Source of the DNA: Candidatus Poribacteria bacterium | GTDB lineage: Bacteria > Poribacteria > WGA-4E > WGA-3G | NCBI GenBank assembly: GCA_965214095.1 | Contig: OZ243938.1 | Location: 5,056,001-5,120,000, forward strand | Direction: 5' to 3' | Length of the DNA stretch: 64,000 nt | Part shown: positions 1-9,426 of the stretch, one piece after another | Layout: every line of letters starts with the position of its first letter | How positions within the stretch are numbered: the stretch's first letter is position 1 | Made by a program: the position numbers and the translations under genes | Notes under the pieces: generated by a model | What the model was told of the DNA's origin: nothing | The model's input: only the letters and a program-made list of their open reading frames with translations | Database searches by the model: none

Positions 1-34
1 ACTATAATAAATTTAATGTCAAGGAGGAAGAATA

Positions 35-1030
35 ATGTCCAAATATCGAAATATTACCTTTATACTATTTATTGCCATTCTTGCAACGCTTCCCTTCGTC
101 TACAGTTGTGGCGACAAGGCTATCGGTGCAGATGGCACTATCATCGCTGAGTTTGAATGGGATGGAAAACACAAGATCACACTTGAAGAAATGATGCAAG
201 AAATCAGCGAACTCCCAGAGTACAAACAACGTCAATACAAAGATAAAGCAGGTCTTGAAGAATACATGACGCTTATGGCGGAAAGCCGAATGATTCTATG
301 TCTTGCAAAAGACAAAAACCTAAATGAAGATCAGGAAATTCTCAAGAAAGTTCAAGATTACCTTCAGGATCTAATGATTGAAAGGATTACTACACAAGAG
401 GTAGAAAGCAAACTGATCTTGGGTGAGGCGGATTATCAAGCCTATTACGAGGCACATAAAGAAGATTATGTTCGTCCTGAACAGGTCAAACTGATGTGCA
501 TCACATTGATGAACAAAGAACGCGCCGATGAAGTCTTTGCTGAACTTAATGCGGGGAAAGATATTGCTGTTGCTGCACAAGAACTGTCTGACAGAGGTGA
601 GTTGGTCGGACCGGGAGCGAATCCTGCTGCACCCGGCGATACTGACTTCATAAGCAGAAACTCGTATCCACCCGGCACGGAACCTTTTCTGGATGCTGCT
701 TACAACGCTGAAATCGATGTGCTTCATCCTTCTGTTATTGAAGTGGAAGTTCAAGGCGAGAAATATTTCATGATGTTCGTGAAGAAAGAAGCAAGAGATG
801 AATTTCAGCGACCTTTCAATGAAGAAGATGTCCGTAAAGATGTTATCAGAAGTTCCGAACGTCAAAAGCGCGAGACTTTGATGAAAGATTGGATTACACA
901 ACTCCGACAACGGGCAGAAGTCAAAACCTTCATTGACCGGATACCGGAAGATAAGAAACCTGAAGAAGAAGGAACTGAAACACCTCCAGAACAAACTTCA
1001 CCTTCAGAAGAAACCACTCCAGAGGAATAG
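35..1030 (+). CDS. Parvulin/PpiC-type peptidyl-prolyl isomerase-like lipoprotein (PrsA/SurA-like foldase)
   Basis: RBS AGGAGG; lipobox-like VYSC; SurA_N-like helical region, then 'YYEAHKEDYVRPEQVKLMCI..A..VFAEL..GKD' rotamase pattern; precedes surA. Confidence 0.75.
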   Translation: MSKYRNITFILFIAILATLPFVYSCGDKAIGADGTIIAEFEWDGKHKITLEEMMQEISELPEYKQRQYKDKAGLEEYMTLMAESRMILCLAKDKNLNEDQEILKKVQDYLQDLMIERITTQEVESKLILGEADYQAYYEAHKEDYVRPEQVKLMCITLMNKERADEVFAELNAGKDIAVAAQELSDRGELVGPGANPAAPGDTDFISRNSYPPGTEPFLDAAYNAEIDVLHPSVIEVEVQGEKYFMMFVKKEARDEFQRPFNEEDVRKDVIRSSERQKRETLMKDWITQLRQRAEVKTFIDRIPEDKKPEEEGTETPPEQTSPSEETTPEE

Positions 1031-1054
1031 CGGTACACTTTACAACGTTTGTAT

Positions 1055-1078
1055 GGTGGAGTCTACGGCTCCACCTAC
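1055..1078 (-). repeat. GTAG-type REP palindrome
   Basis: Minus strand GTAG-GTGGAG-CCGTAGA-CTCCACC, intergenic. Confidence 0.6.
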
Positions 1079-1117
1079 ATTCACCCTACGCACAAAACCA
1101 ACAACTGAGGTGCACTT

Positions 1118-2449
1118 ATGAAACCCAATACATTCATGCCTGTACTGTTAATTGTGATCGCAATCTGTTGTATCGTAACACCAAGTTCAGCACGGATATT
1201 TGATAGAATCATTGCTTATGTCAACGATGATGTCATAACCAAACGTCGTCTTGATCTACTTGTCAATCAACGTGCCTATGAACTTCAACAGATTGAAGGA
1301 TACAGTGAACGTGAAGCACTAAATACAGCAGAAAAAGAACGAGGCGAACTACTTGATAGACTCATACGGCAAAAGTTGTTGTTAGAGGCTGCATTAACAC
1401 TAAAAATTCAGATAACCGATGCTGAAATAGAGGAACAGATTCAGAAATTTAAAACACAATACCGAATACCATCCGATGAAGAGTTCAAAAAAGTATTAAA
1501 CCGCGATGGACTTACTTTTGAAGCATTCCGAGAGCAACTTCAAAGAAACCTTATGACTGAGAAATTAGTTATAGGAAGAATACTCTCACGTTTACAAGTT
1601 CGCGAAAGTGACGTTCAAACATTTTATGAAGAAAATAGGGATCAACTTCCAACTAAAGCAGATAGAGTGAGTTTGCGGCACATATATATCGCTTATAAGC
1701 CGAGTGACCAAGCAAAAGAGGCAGCAGCTGATGTTGTCAATCAGGCAATTGAAGAGGTCAAAGCGGATAAATCCCAATTTCAATCTGTTGCACAACGTGT
1801 CACTGCAAAACAGAATCCAAGTTCTAAAGCAGGAGCATTAATTGAGACAACACCTGCTGAAATACTTTCTTATCCCGAAATATTTCTGACTGTTCTCGCC
1901 AAACTCAAAGCAGGAGAAATCAGCGAACCAATTAAAGCAGATGATGGTATCCATGTTTTCATGGTTGAAACACGCACCGACGAAAAAATAACGTTGAGAC
2001 ATTTCACCGTGCAATATGAAATTAGTGATGAAGTCAAAAAGGCTGCAAGTGAAAAAACTGACGAGATATTCAAAAAATTGGAAGCTGGAGAAGATTACAT
2101 TGCTCTTGCTAAAGAACATTCCGATGATACCGAAACCCGCGAGAAAGGCGGCGATCTCGGCACGCACATCCTCACTACGTTAAATCCGAAAATACAGGAA
2201 GTCGTAAAATCTATTGAAATCGGAAAGTATAGTAAACCAATTGAAACAAATATAGGTCTATACATCTACAAAATTGATGAGCGCATTACACCTGAATTGA
2301 CGCAACAGGAAAAGCAACAAATTATGGCAATTCTACGCCAACAACTCTTTGAAAAAGAATGGATCGCATATACCGATACACTGATGGAAAACGCATTTAT
2401 CAAAATTAAACCGGATGCAATACCAACATCTGAAGTAAAAGAAAACTAA
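1118..2449 (+). CDS. surA: SurA-family chaperone/PPIase
   Basis: Signal peptide, 'DRIIAYVNDDVIT' SurA N-terminus, two parvulin domains ('LAKEHSDD..TREKGGDLG'), directly upstream of lptD. Confidence 0.85.
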   Translation: MKPNTFMPVLLIVIAICCIVTPSSARIFDRIIAYVNDDVITKRRLDLLVNQRAYELQQIEGYSEREALNTAEKERGELLDRLIRQKLLLEAALTLKIQITDAEIEEQIQKFKTQYRIPSDEEFKKVLNRDGLTFEAFREQLQRNLMTEKLVIGRILSRLQVRESDVQTFYEENRDQLPTKADRVSLRHIYIAYKPSDQAKEAAADVVNQAIEEVKADKSQFQSVAQRVTAKQNPSSKAGALIETTPAEILSYPEIFLTVLAKLKAGEISEPIKADDGIHVFMVETRTDEKITLRHFTVQYEISDEVKKAASEKTDEIFKKLEAGEDYIALAKEHSDDTETREKGGDLGTHILTTLNPKIQEVVKSIEIGKYSKPIETNIGLYIYKIDERITPELTQQEKQQIMAILRQQLFEKEWIAYTDTLMENAFIKIKPDAIPTSEVKEN

Positions 2450-2455
2450 TACTGT

Positions 2456-5400
2456 TTGAGTAAAAAAACTGTGCAGAAAAACGAAGATTATCCACCTATA
2501 TCCAAAAATCATCCTTCAAAATACAAGTTGTGTCATCTGTGTTATCCAGTAACAAAGTCAATTGAGAATACACATCGTCTTAATTGGTATATACGTGTCC
2601 TACTCTTGGCAGTAATGACATTAACTTTTCTTTTACTGCCAATACACTCCGTTCCTGCTCAGGAACAACAGACACCAGACGAACAGACTCCAATACAGGA
2701 ACCCTCTGAAAATCAATCACAACCTACAACTCCAACTGCAGCTAAAGAAGGTTTAGATATTGAGAAGATGTCACCTGAAGATGATACTGTGATTGGTGAT
2801 GGGGACGAGGTGATTTTGCAGGATAACCTCGTTCAGATACACGGCAATGCTCTCATCAAATTTGATAATGTAGTATTACGGGCTGACCATGTGTGGGCAG
2901 ACTTCAACGATAATATAATGCGTGCTGCTGGCAATGTTTATCTTAAAGTCGGCATCGAAGAAACATATTCAGACGAACTTGTTTTCAACCTTGAAACAAA
3001 GAAAGGAATTGCACGCAATGGTTACACATTTAGCGACCCGTGGTACTTCGGTGGTAGTGAAATTTTCAAAATAGAGGATAAGAAATCTTATATCCGAGGT
3101 GGTTCTCTCACAACTTGTTCCCTCAAACACCCACACTACCATTTCAGTGTATCTGAAGTAATCATCAAAATGAATCAGGAGATGATAGCAAAGAACATTG
3201 TCTTACGTATCGGTGGCATCCCTCTGTTCTATTTTCCCGCCATCCGCAGAGACTTACGCAAAGATAAAGTTGCCAAGATTATTGTTAGAGTTGGAACAGA
3301 TAGTTACCAAGGTCCAAACATCGGCATCATTCTACCCATAGCACGTAAAAGACGTTATGATGGCGCACTGCTCTATGATAGAAGTGCACGTAGAGGACAA
3401 GGTTACGGTTTTGAAGGAAAATATCGGTTCAGAGATACACAGTTTCAAGAGATACATATACCTATTCCACCTGATGCAACACAAGCACAACGCACAAAAC
3501 TTGAAGAGAAGGCAAAGGAGATATATGATCGTCTTGAAGGAGATTATGACCGATATTGGCTCAAGCAACTCTTTCTTGAATACAAAATTACTGAAGAAGA
3601 TGCTGACCGCGCACAGGAAGAAGCCGATGCGATCCTCAAACGTCTTACGGAAGAAGATGCTGACTTTTCGCAAATTGCACAGACAGAATCTAATCATACA
3701 GATACACGATACGACGGCGGAGATATGGGTTTCATCGCTCAAGGAGAAAAAGACAAGGATGGTAATCCATTACTTGCCCCAATCTTAGAAGAAGTCGCAT
3801 TTGCCCTCAAAGAAGGTGAAGTTAGCACTCTCTTACGAACAGAATCCGTTTTCCATATCCTCAAAGTTGAGCGCGTGCTTGAGATCTACGGTGAAAAAGA
3901 GATAAGACTAAGACGCATAGATATTGCTATAGAAGCAAGCGATGAGACTCAACAAACAACCCGAACGTTAGCTGATAAAATACATGAACGCGCACTTGCA
4001 GGAGAAACCTTTGAAGAACTTGCCGCTGAATTTCCAGAAGCAAAGTTGTCTGAAATAAATGAAGGAAACGGACTCCCGCTTAATGAGATGAATTCCGGAT
4101 GGCAATTCTCTGTTAGACGTATGAAAGAACCCGGAGATATTACAGAACGTAGTCCAGTATTTTCACCAGAAGGTCTTTATATTTTTCAATTAATCAAGAA
4201 AAATGAAACACCTGAATTTGAAGCACTTGCAGAACAGTTTAAAGCAGAATGGGAAATCTTTGAAGCGGAGGTGCTATCAACACCCAGCGAAGAAGAAAAA
4301 CCCACTACAACTGACGATAATGACACGTCCTCTGAAGAAGATACTACGCCACCACCTGTACCGACAGAAGAACCAAATGAACTTACTGAAGAGGATACAT
4401 CCACACAACCTTCAACGATAAAAGTTGGTGAGAGTGAAAACGGTGAAGAAGAGGAAGAAGAGGAAGAAGAGGCAACCTTTGAGGTATATCGTAAACACGG
4501 TTTTCGTGGAAGATGGGAAGACCCACGACAGGTCGCTTCCGATGCACAGAGTCTATATGCCGGAGAATACAGTCGCGTCATAAAAACCAAAGAATCGTTT
4601 CGTCTCATCAAAGTTGACAAGAAACGAAGTTACTATGGCGATATCTATCTCTACGGGGCAGACGAATATTCCTTTAGCAGACAGGATGCCTCGCGTATCG
4701 GTAGACGTTGGAATATGCGATGGGGACACAGGCAATCCTTCTATACACCTTGGGATAGCCGTCAAGAGGGGCGCCGTCCGTTGAGTTTTGTCGGAAGAAC
4801 TGCATGGCGGGCATTACATTATAAAGAAGATTTAGGACTCATCAACGAATCTTCTCTAAACTCTTTTGGTATTCTTACCTACGGCACTGCATTCTCAACA
4901 GCCAGTGATAAAGACATGGATGAAGACGGCAACCTAAGATACTCCAGGGAAACCATCGGGGACTTCACCAGTAGGCTGGAAATACGGCATATCCACGATT
5001 TCTCTGAAGAAGATAATACCGCACTCCAGAAATTGCCACAATTGTCTGTGAACTTTTCTCGGATGCGATTTAGTAGACTACCTGTTTTTGAAACTATAAA
5101 CAACGGGATGGTATACGTTTCAGAAAAACTAAAAACTGATCTACCGATTCTATCACTCCTTGCTTTCCCAACACTGGAAGACACCAGTTTTGATATGGAT
5201 GTTGAATTCGGAAACTTCTATAGACAGACATATCGTGGTAAACATGGCGAAGAGAGGAACGTATTCCTTCAGACTTTGGATTTAGGGTTCGACTTACGCA
5301 AACAAGCAAACGTATTCATTACACCATTGCGAGAATTAAAACTAAGTGCTAATCTCAATACAAATGCAATTTGGCACGCCAAAGACCAAGACAAAAATAG

Positions 5401-6307
5401 GAACATTATAAGAGGTGTCTACAATGTTAGAGCCCAAGCAACAAACACTTTATTCCGTATCTACAACACAAGATTAATACCCACAGTTAGAAAGTTACGG
5501 CATGAAATTCAATCTTCACTTACCTTTGATTATCAACCGCCTATTGATGCAGATAACAGTCTTTATCCATTTGGTCCCAGCACCTATTTTTATGAGCGTA
5601 AAAGGTTAACATACAACTTCAATACCAACATAGAAATCAAAACGCGCCGCAGTCAATCCGCACATCGCATCTTCTATTTTGATACGCGATTCACAGCCGA
5701 TTTCACGGAATTTGAATCGCTTTATAGACGTAAATACGAACCGATTGATAGCGATTTCACAATCGTCCCCCTACCCAGTCGCAACCTAAACATGACTGTG
5801 CGTCTGACACATGATCCAAATCCACATCCTGATGATGGAAAACAATTCAAGATGGTTGGTATTCGGACGAACATCAGGTACACCCGTCAACAATGGTATG
5901 TAAGCATCGGTAATTCCTTCAGCAAACGGCACACATCTATACGTGCATCACGTTCAATTACAGCTAATGGCAGATACCGTTTTAGCAAGGATCTGGAGTT
6001 TGATTTCAATCTCATCTACTATCCAATTGAAGGGCAATTTTACTCGCAACGTGTCAGTATAAACCGCAACTTACACGATTGGAACTTGCGTATCTCTTGG
6101 AGTAGGGTCGGTATTAAACGGGATCCTCCGTTTGACACTGTGCGACAAGATTTCACATTTCAGGTTAACTTGATTGGTGAACCGGCAGTATCTATGGGTG
6201 TCGGTTATGATGCGACAACCGATACGTGGGGAATGCACACCTTACCTGCGGGTGTTCCGTATAACGCGTTCGGATCGGGCAATTCACTGGGTCGTTCCTT
6301 CTTCTAA
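2456..6307 (+). CDS. lptD: LPS-assembly protein LptD with inserted parvulin-like domains
   Basis: OstA-like N-terminus, 'LTTCSLKHPHYHF..IGGIPLFYFP' motif, beta-barrel C-terminus; about 400-aa PPIase-like insert; TTG start uncertain. Confidence 0.8.
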   Translation: MSKKTVQKNEDYPPISKNHPSKYKLCHLCYPVTKSIENTHRLNWYIRVLLLAVMTLTFLLLPIHSVPAQEQQTPDEQTPIQEPSENQSQPTTPTAAKEGLDIEKMSPEDDTVIGDGDEVILQDNLVQIHGNALIKFDNVVLRADHVWADFNDNIMRAAGNVYLKVGIEETYSDELVFNLETKKGIARNGYTFSDPWYFGGSEIFKIEDKKSYIRGGSLTTCSLKHPHYHFSVSEVIIKMNQEMIAKNIVLRIGGIPLFYFPAIRRDLRKDKVAKIIVRVGTDSYQGPNIGIILPIARKRRYDGALLYDRSARRGQGYGFEGKYRFRDTQFQEIHIPIPPDATQAQRTKLEEKAKEIYDRLEGDYDRYWLKQLFLEYKITEEDADRAQEEADAILKRLTEEDADFSQIAQTESNHTDTRYDGGDMGFIAQGEKDKDGNPLLAPILEEVAFALKEGEVSTLLRTESVFHILKVERVLEIYGEKEIRLRRIDIAIEASDETQQTTRTLADKIHERALAGETFEELAAEFPEAKLSEINEGNGLPLNEMNSGWQFSVRRMKEPGDITERSPVFSPEGLYIFQLIKKNETPEFEALAEQFKAEWEIFEAEVLSTPSEEEKPTTTDDNDTSSEEDTTPPPVPTEEPNELTEEDTSTQPSTIKVGESENGEEEEEEEEEATFEVYRKHGFRGRWEDPRQVASDAQSLYAGEYSRVIKTKESFRLIKVDKKRSYYGDIYLYGADEYSFSRQDASRIGRRWNMRWGHRQSFYTPWDSRQEGRRPLSFVGRTAWRALHYKEDLGLINESSLNSFGILTYGTAFSTASDKDMDEDGNLRYSRETIGDFTSRLEIRHIHDFSEEDNTALQKLPQLSVNFSRMRFSRLPVFETINNGMVYVSEKLKTDLPILSLLAFPTLEDTSFDMDVEFGNFYRQTYRGKHGEERNVFLQTLDLGFDLRKQANVFITPLRELKLSANLNTNAIWHAKDQDKNRNIIRGVYNVRAQATNTLFRIYNTRLIPTVRKLRHEIQSSLTFDYQPPIDADNSLYPFGPSTYFYERKRLTYNFNTNIEIKTRRSQSAHRIFYFDTRFTADFTEFESLYRRKYEPIDSDFTIVPLPSRNLNMTVRLTHDPNPHPDDGKQFKMVGIRTNIRYTRQQWYVSIGNSFSKRHTSIRASRSITANGRYRFSKDLEFDFNLIYYPIEGQFYSQRVSINRNLHDWNLRISWSRVGIKRDPPFDTVRQDFTFQVNLIGEPAVSMGVGYDATTDTWGMHTLPAGVPYNAFGSGNSLGRSFF

Positions 6308-6354
6308 GTCAATAACTTCAAGTAAAAACCACACGCGTGTTTCACCAAAAGCAA

Positions 6355-6384
6355 TTGACAAGTACAACCGTGAAGATGTATAAT
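6355..6384 (+). promoter_or_regulatory. sigma70 promoter
   Basis: TTGACA-18 bp-TATAAT upstream of AGGAGG RBS and ATG 6412. Confidence 0.6.
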
Positions 6385-6411
6385 ATCAACAAGGCAATGA
6401 GGAGGACACCA

Positions 6412-6624
6412 ATGCTCAAAATCAACCCGCAATATCTTGTTGATGACAAAGGCGAAAAAACCGCTGCGTCCCTGACAATCAAAGAATTCCAACTGATCAT
6501 GCAGCGTCTTGAAGATTTAGAAGATATTTCAGAGATGAATGCTGCAGTCGAAACCGAAACCAAGCAGAACTTATGGAATATGCCGAGACACAACTTTGAA
6601 AGTTATGTGCCTCGCGCAAGTTGA
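6412..6624 (+). CDS. Small antitoxin-like protein, probably truncated or chimeric
   Basis: 'INPQYLVDDKGEKTAASLTIKEF...LEDLEDI' resembles small TA antitoxins; no toxin follows; C-terminus looks divergent. Confidence 0.5.
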   Translation: MLKINPQYLVDDKGEKTAASLTIKEFQLIMQRLEDLEDISEMNAAVETETKQNLWNMPRHNFESYVPRAS

Positions 6625-6687
6625 ATTGGGATAAGATGGACGAGGCGGAGCATGAAACTTTTGTTAATTACCTCATCCATGAGGATC

Positions 6688-7016
6688 TTCAGGCACCCAA
6701 GCCTAAAGGCATGGGATTGTGTTAATCTTCTGCCAGGCTTGATGTTCTTCGGTCTTGGCTCGTAACTTTACCTGTATGCCACCGAGGGGTCCCAGCGACC
6801 CACGATACAGAACCTCAGACACTTCCGACTTTGGAAGTTGTTCAAGCGAACTATCGTCTTCGAGTTACTTGGACACGGATATAATCAACGTGCCCCGATA
6901 TGCAAGACACTTCCGACTTGCTTGGGCATATAATAACAGACTTGACGTTTTCTGTCAAGCAAAATATAGGAACAGGCATTCCTCCCACACCTAAAGAAGT
7001 GGGCTTCCTGCCTGAA
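6688..7016 (-). mobile_element. Non-autonomous IS200/IS605-type mini-element (no tnpA/tnpB)
   Basis: Left end CAGGCA-GGAAG-CCCACTTCTTTAGGTGTGGG-AGGAA-TGCCTG; right hairpin CCCATGCCTTTAGGCTTGGG; left end homologous to the element at 26170. Confidence 0.7.
6930..6958 (-). promoter_or_regulatory. Internal sigma70 promoter of the mini-element
   Basis: TTGACA-17 bp-TATTAT; same position as the promoter in the 26170 element. Confidence 0.65.
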
Positions 7017-7040
7017 ACGTTGGTGAGTGAGAGATATATT

Positions 7041-7391
7041 ATGGAAAAGCAGAACCCTGTGGAACTTGAAAATATGTTTGACTTTATAAATCCAACGGCA
7101 ATCCGAATAAAAGGGACACGCGTCGGTATCGAAATTGTCATTGAGCAATTTCTTAAAGGGGCAGACCCAAGGGAAATTCAACGGCTCTATCCGAATCTGA
7201 CGTTGGGGCAGATTTATGTTACGATTACCTATTATCTGTTCAATAAGGAGAAAATTGATGCCTATATTGCAAAGGGCATCAAACAAGCTGAGGCTGCTTA
7301 TGAGGAACAACTAAAAAACCCGTCTCCTGGTGTCAAACGCCTCATGAAAATTAAAGCGGAACTTGAAGCACAAGGACATTATTCAGCGTAA
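7041..7391 (+). CDS. DUF433-family antitoxin
   Basis: 'IRIKGTRVGIEIVI...GADPREI...YPNLTLGQIY...YY'; ATG 7041 preferred because the ORF from 6900 runs through the mini-element. Confidence 0.85.
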   Translation: MEKQNPVELENMFDFINPTAIRIKGTRVGIEIVIEQFLKGADPREIQRLYPNLTLGQIYVTITYYLFNKEKIDAYIAKGIKQAEAAYEEQLKNPSPGVKRLMKIKAELEAQGHYSA

Positions 7392-7393
7392 TA

Positions 7394-7762
7394 ATGAATA
7401 AATACCAAATTCGCTTTCTGCTTGATGAAAACACCTCGCATGTTATCCAAGATGGACTCAAGCGAAAACAACCAGAAGTTGAGGTTCGGGTCATTGGAAG
7501 TGAAGGTGTACCACCACTCAGCACAAAAGATGAGGATATTCTTGAATTTCTGGAACGTGAGGGATACATCCTCGTCTCATCAAACCGAAGTACAATGCCG
7601 GTACATTTGCGTGAACATCTTCAAAAAGGCAGACATATTCCCGGTATTTTACTATTACGTCCTCGTGCCTCTTACCAGCAAATTATTGATACGCTTGAAT
7701 TGATATGTCTAGCAAGTGTGCTAGAAGATTTCCGAGATCAGATAACATATATTCCGTACTGA
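7394..7762 (+). CDS. DUF5615/PIN-like toxin (VapC45-like)
   Basis: 'IRFLLDEN...DEDILEF..REGYILVSSN...HIPGILL'; coupled to DUF433. Confidence 0.85.
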   Translation: MNKYQIRFLLDENTSHVIQDGLKRKQPEVEVRVIGSEGVPPLSTKDEDILEFLEREGYILVSSNRSTMPVHLREHLQKGRHIPGILLLRPRASYQQIIDTLELICLASVLEDFRDQITYIPY

Positions 7763-7774
7763 TATTCAGTGATT

Positions 7775-8020
7775 ATGCAAAACCCCTACAGTGAAAACCA
7801 ACTTGTAGAACAACCCGCAATCGCGCTTCTTAAAGAAATAGGGTGGTATACCCAGGATTGTTCAAACGAATTTGAGGACAATAGCGAAATTAGAACTGGC
7901 AGAGAAGCAAAATTGGAAGTGCTACTAACAGATAGACCCCGCGCAATGTTAGAACGGTTCAACCCCGATGCACCTGAACACGCTATTGAGTCCGCTATTG
8001 AAGAATTGATGCAATCACGT
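7775..8020 (+). pseudogene. hsdR: N-terminal remnant of type I restriction subunit R
   Basis: 'YSENQLVEQPAIALLKEIGW...GRE...VLL..R.RAMLERFNPDAPEHAIESAIEEL' matches an HsdR N-terminus; only about 80 aa remain. Confidence 0.7.
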
Positions 8021-8040
8021 AAAGTAAGGAAATGCTATTT

Positions 8041-8814
8041 ATGCTACTCAAAGACCGTATCAGCATCATAACAGGCGGGAGTTCAGGTATAGGACGTGGA
8101 ATCGCGCTTGAATTCGCACGTGAAGGTGCAAACGTGGTCATTGCCGATAAACAAGAATCCCCACTACAAGGCAAATTTCACGAAAAAGACACAACAACCC
8201 CCACCGTCCAAGAAATAGAGAAATTAGGTTCTCAAGGGATATTCGTCCAAACTGATGTCTCCGATGAATCTCAGGTTACCCGACTGGTCCAGCAAACCGT
8301 TGATCATTTCGGTGGAGTAGATATCCTCGTCAACAATGCAGGTATCCATATTCCCGGTGGTTCACAAGACATATCTATTGCTGAGTGGGACAAAGTTGTG
8401 GGAGTAAATCTGAGAGGTGTTTTCCTAACTACTAAACTGACTATCCCGCACCTAAAAAAGTCTGATTTTGGTAGGATAATCCAAATTGCATCTATACATG
8501 CCTATGGTGGTGGTGCAGGTCCTGCTTATGCTTCTGCAAAAGCCGCTGTCGTCAATATGGTTAAGGACACTGCATTAGAGGTGGGGAAATATGGAATCAC
8601 AGTCAACGCAATCTCACCAGGATACATTGAGACTGCAATACAAGATTACCTTACTCTTGAACAGATTGAGTCGTCATTGGAAAAGACACCGATGCAGCGT
8701 TTAGGTCTGCCGAAAGACATCGGACGTGCAGCAGTATTCTTCGCATCTGATGATGCTGAATGGATAACTGGCACCTCACTTCTTGTTGATGGCGGAGCCA
8801 GTGCAAAAACGTAG
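8041..8814 (+). CDS. SDR family oxidoreductase
   Basis: TGGSSGIG, NNAG, YASAK motifs. Confidence 0.9.
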   Translation: MLLKDRISIITGGSSGIGRGIALEFAREGANVVIADKQESPLQGKFHEKDTTTPTVQEIEKLGSQGIFVQTDVSDESQVTRLVQQTVDHFGGVDILVNNAGIHIPGGSQDISIAEWDKVVGVNLRGVFLTTKLTIPHLKKSDFGRIIQIASIHAYGGGAGPAYASAKAAVVNMVKDTALEVGKYGITVNAISPGYIETAIQDYLTLEQIESSLEKTPMQRLGLPKDIGRAAVFFASDDAEWITGTSLLVDGGASAKT

Positions 8815-8841
8815 CAGGAAAGTTTCAAACATAAGAATATC

Positions 8842-8864
8842 GTAGGAGGGGTTTCAACCCCGAT
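8842..8864 (+). repeat. GTAG-type REP
   Basis: GTAGGAGGGGTTTCAACCCCGAT; relatives at 20601-20622 (-), 40263-40286 and 58236-58260. Confidence 0.65.
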
Positions 8865-8878
8865 TGTCTGATAGCCAA

Positions 8879-9424
8879 ATGCCAAACAAAACACATACCA
8901 CAGCCGTTGTCCTCATCCCACCGCAAGAAATACAACCCCCTATCCAAGCCATACGTGAAGTGCATGATCGCAACTATGTGCGATGGATGCCGCACATAAC
9001 ATTGCTCTATCCATTTGCACCACAGCAAGAATTCCAAGATATAATCCCATCACTTGCAGAAGCTGCACAACAGACAGATTCGTTTTCTATATCATTTGAA
9101 TCATTTGATGCATTTAAACATCGTAAATCGAGTACACTTTTCCTTGTCCCCGAACCAAAAGACGCAATCGTGGATTTGCACAGAACATTGACACAACAAC
9201 TGCCTGACTACGACGACACCGCAAGGTTCCCAAGTGGATTCAATCCTCATCTATCTGTTGGGCAATTTGCACACGGATTACTTGACCATGCACAACAGAA
9301 ATTACAGAATGAGTGGAAACCAATACAATACCAAGTTGAATCCCTATCACTTATCTATAGGTCAGCAGAAACGAATGATAGGTTTGTCGTAGCCGAAACC
9401 TTTACCTTCAGCAAAGGAGTTTAG
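8879..9424 (+). CDS. 2H phosphoesterase (2'-5' RNA ligase family)
   Basis: PHITL and PHLSV HxT/S motifs. Confidence 0.85.
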   Translation: MPNKTHTTAVVLIPPQEIQPPIQAIREVHDRNYVRWMPHITLLYPFAPQQEFQDIIPSLAEAAQQTDSFSISFESFDAFKHRKSSTLFLVPEPKDAIVDLHRTLTQQLPDYDDTARFPSGFNPHLSVGQFAHGLLDHAQQKLQNEWKPIQYQVESLSLIYRSAETNDRFVVAETFTFSKGV

Positions 9425-9426
9425 AA

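Noticed and set aside
4270-4480. GAA-rich low-complexity tract
   Set aside because: Encodes an acidic linker within LptD; not an independent repeat element
6817-6919. 15-nt direct repeat as a mini CRISPR array
   Set aside because: Only two copies, too short, 73-nt spacing, no cas genes; lies inside the mini-element
6755-7310. Short ORFs 6755..6994, 6851..7141, 6885..7310 and the 6900 extension of DUF433
   Set aside because: They run through non-coding palindromic element DNA or are antisense shadows of the DUF433 gene
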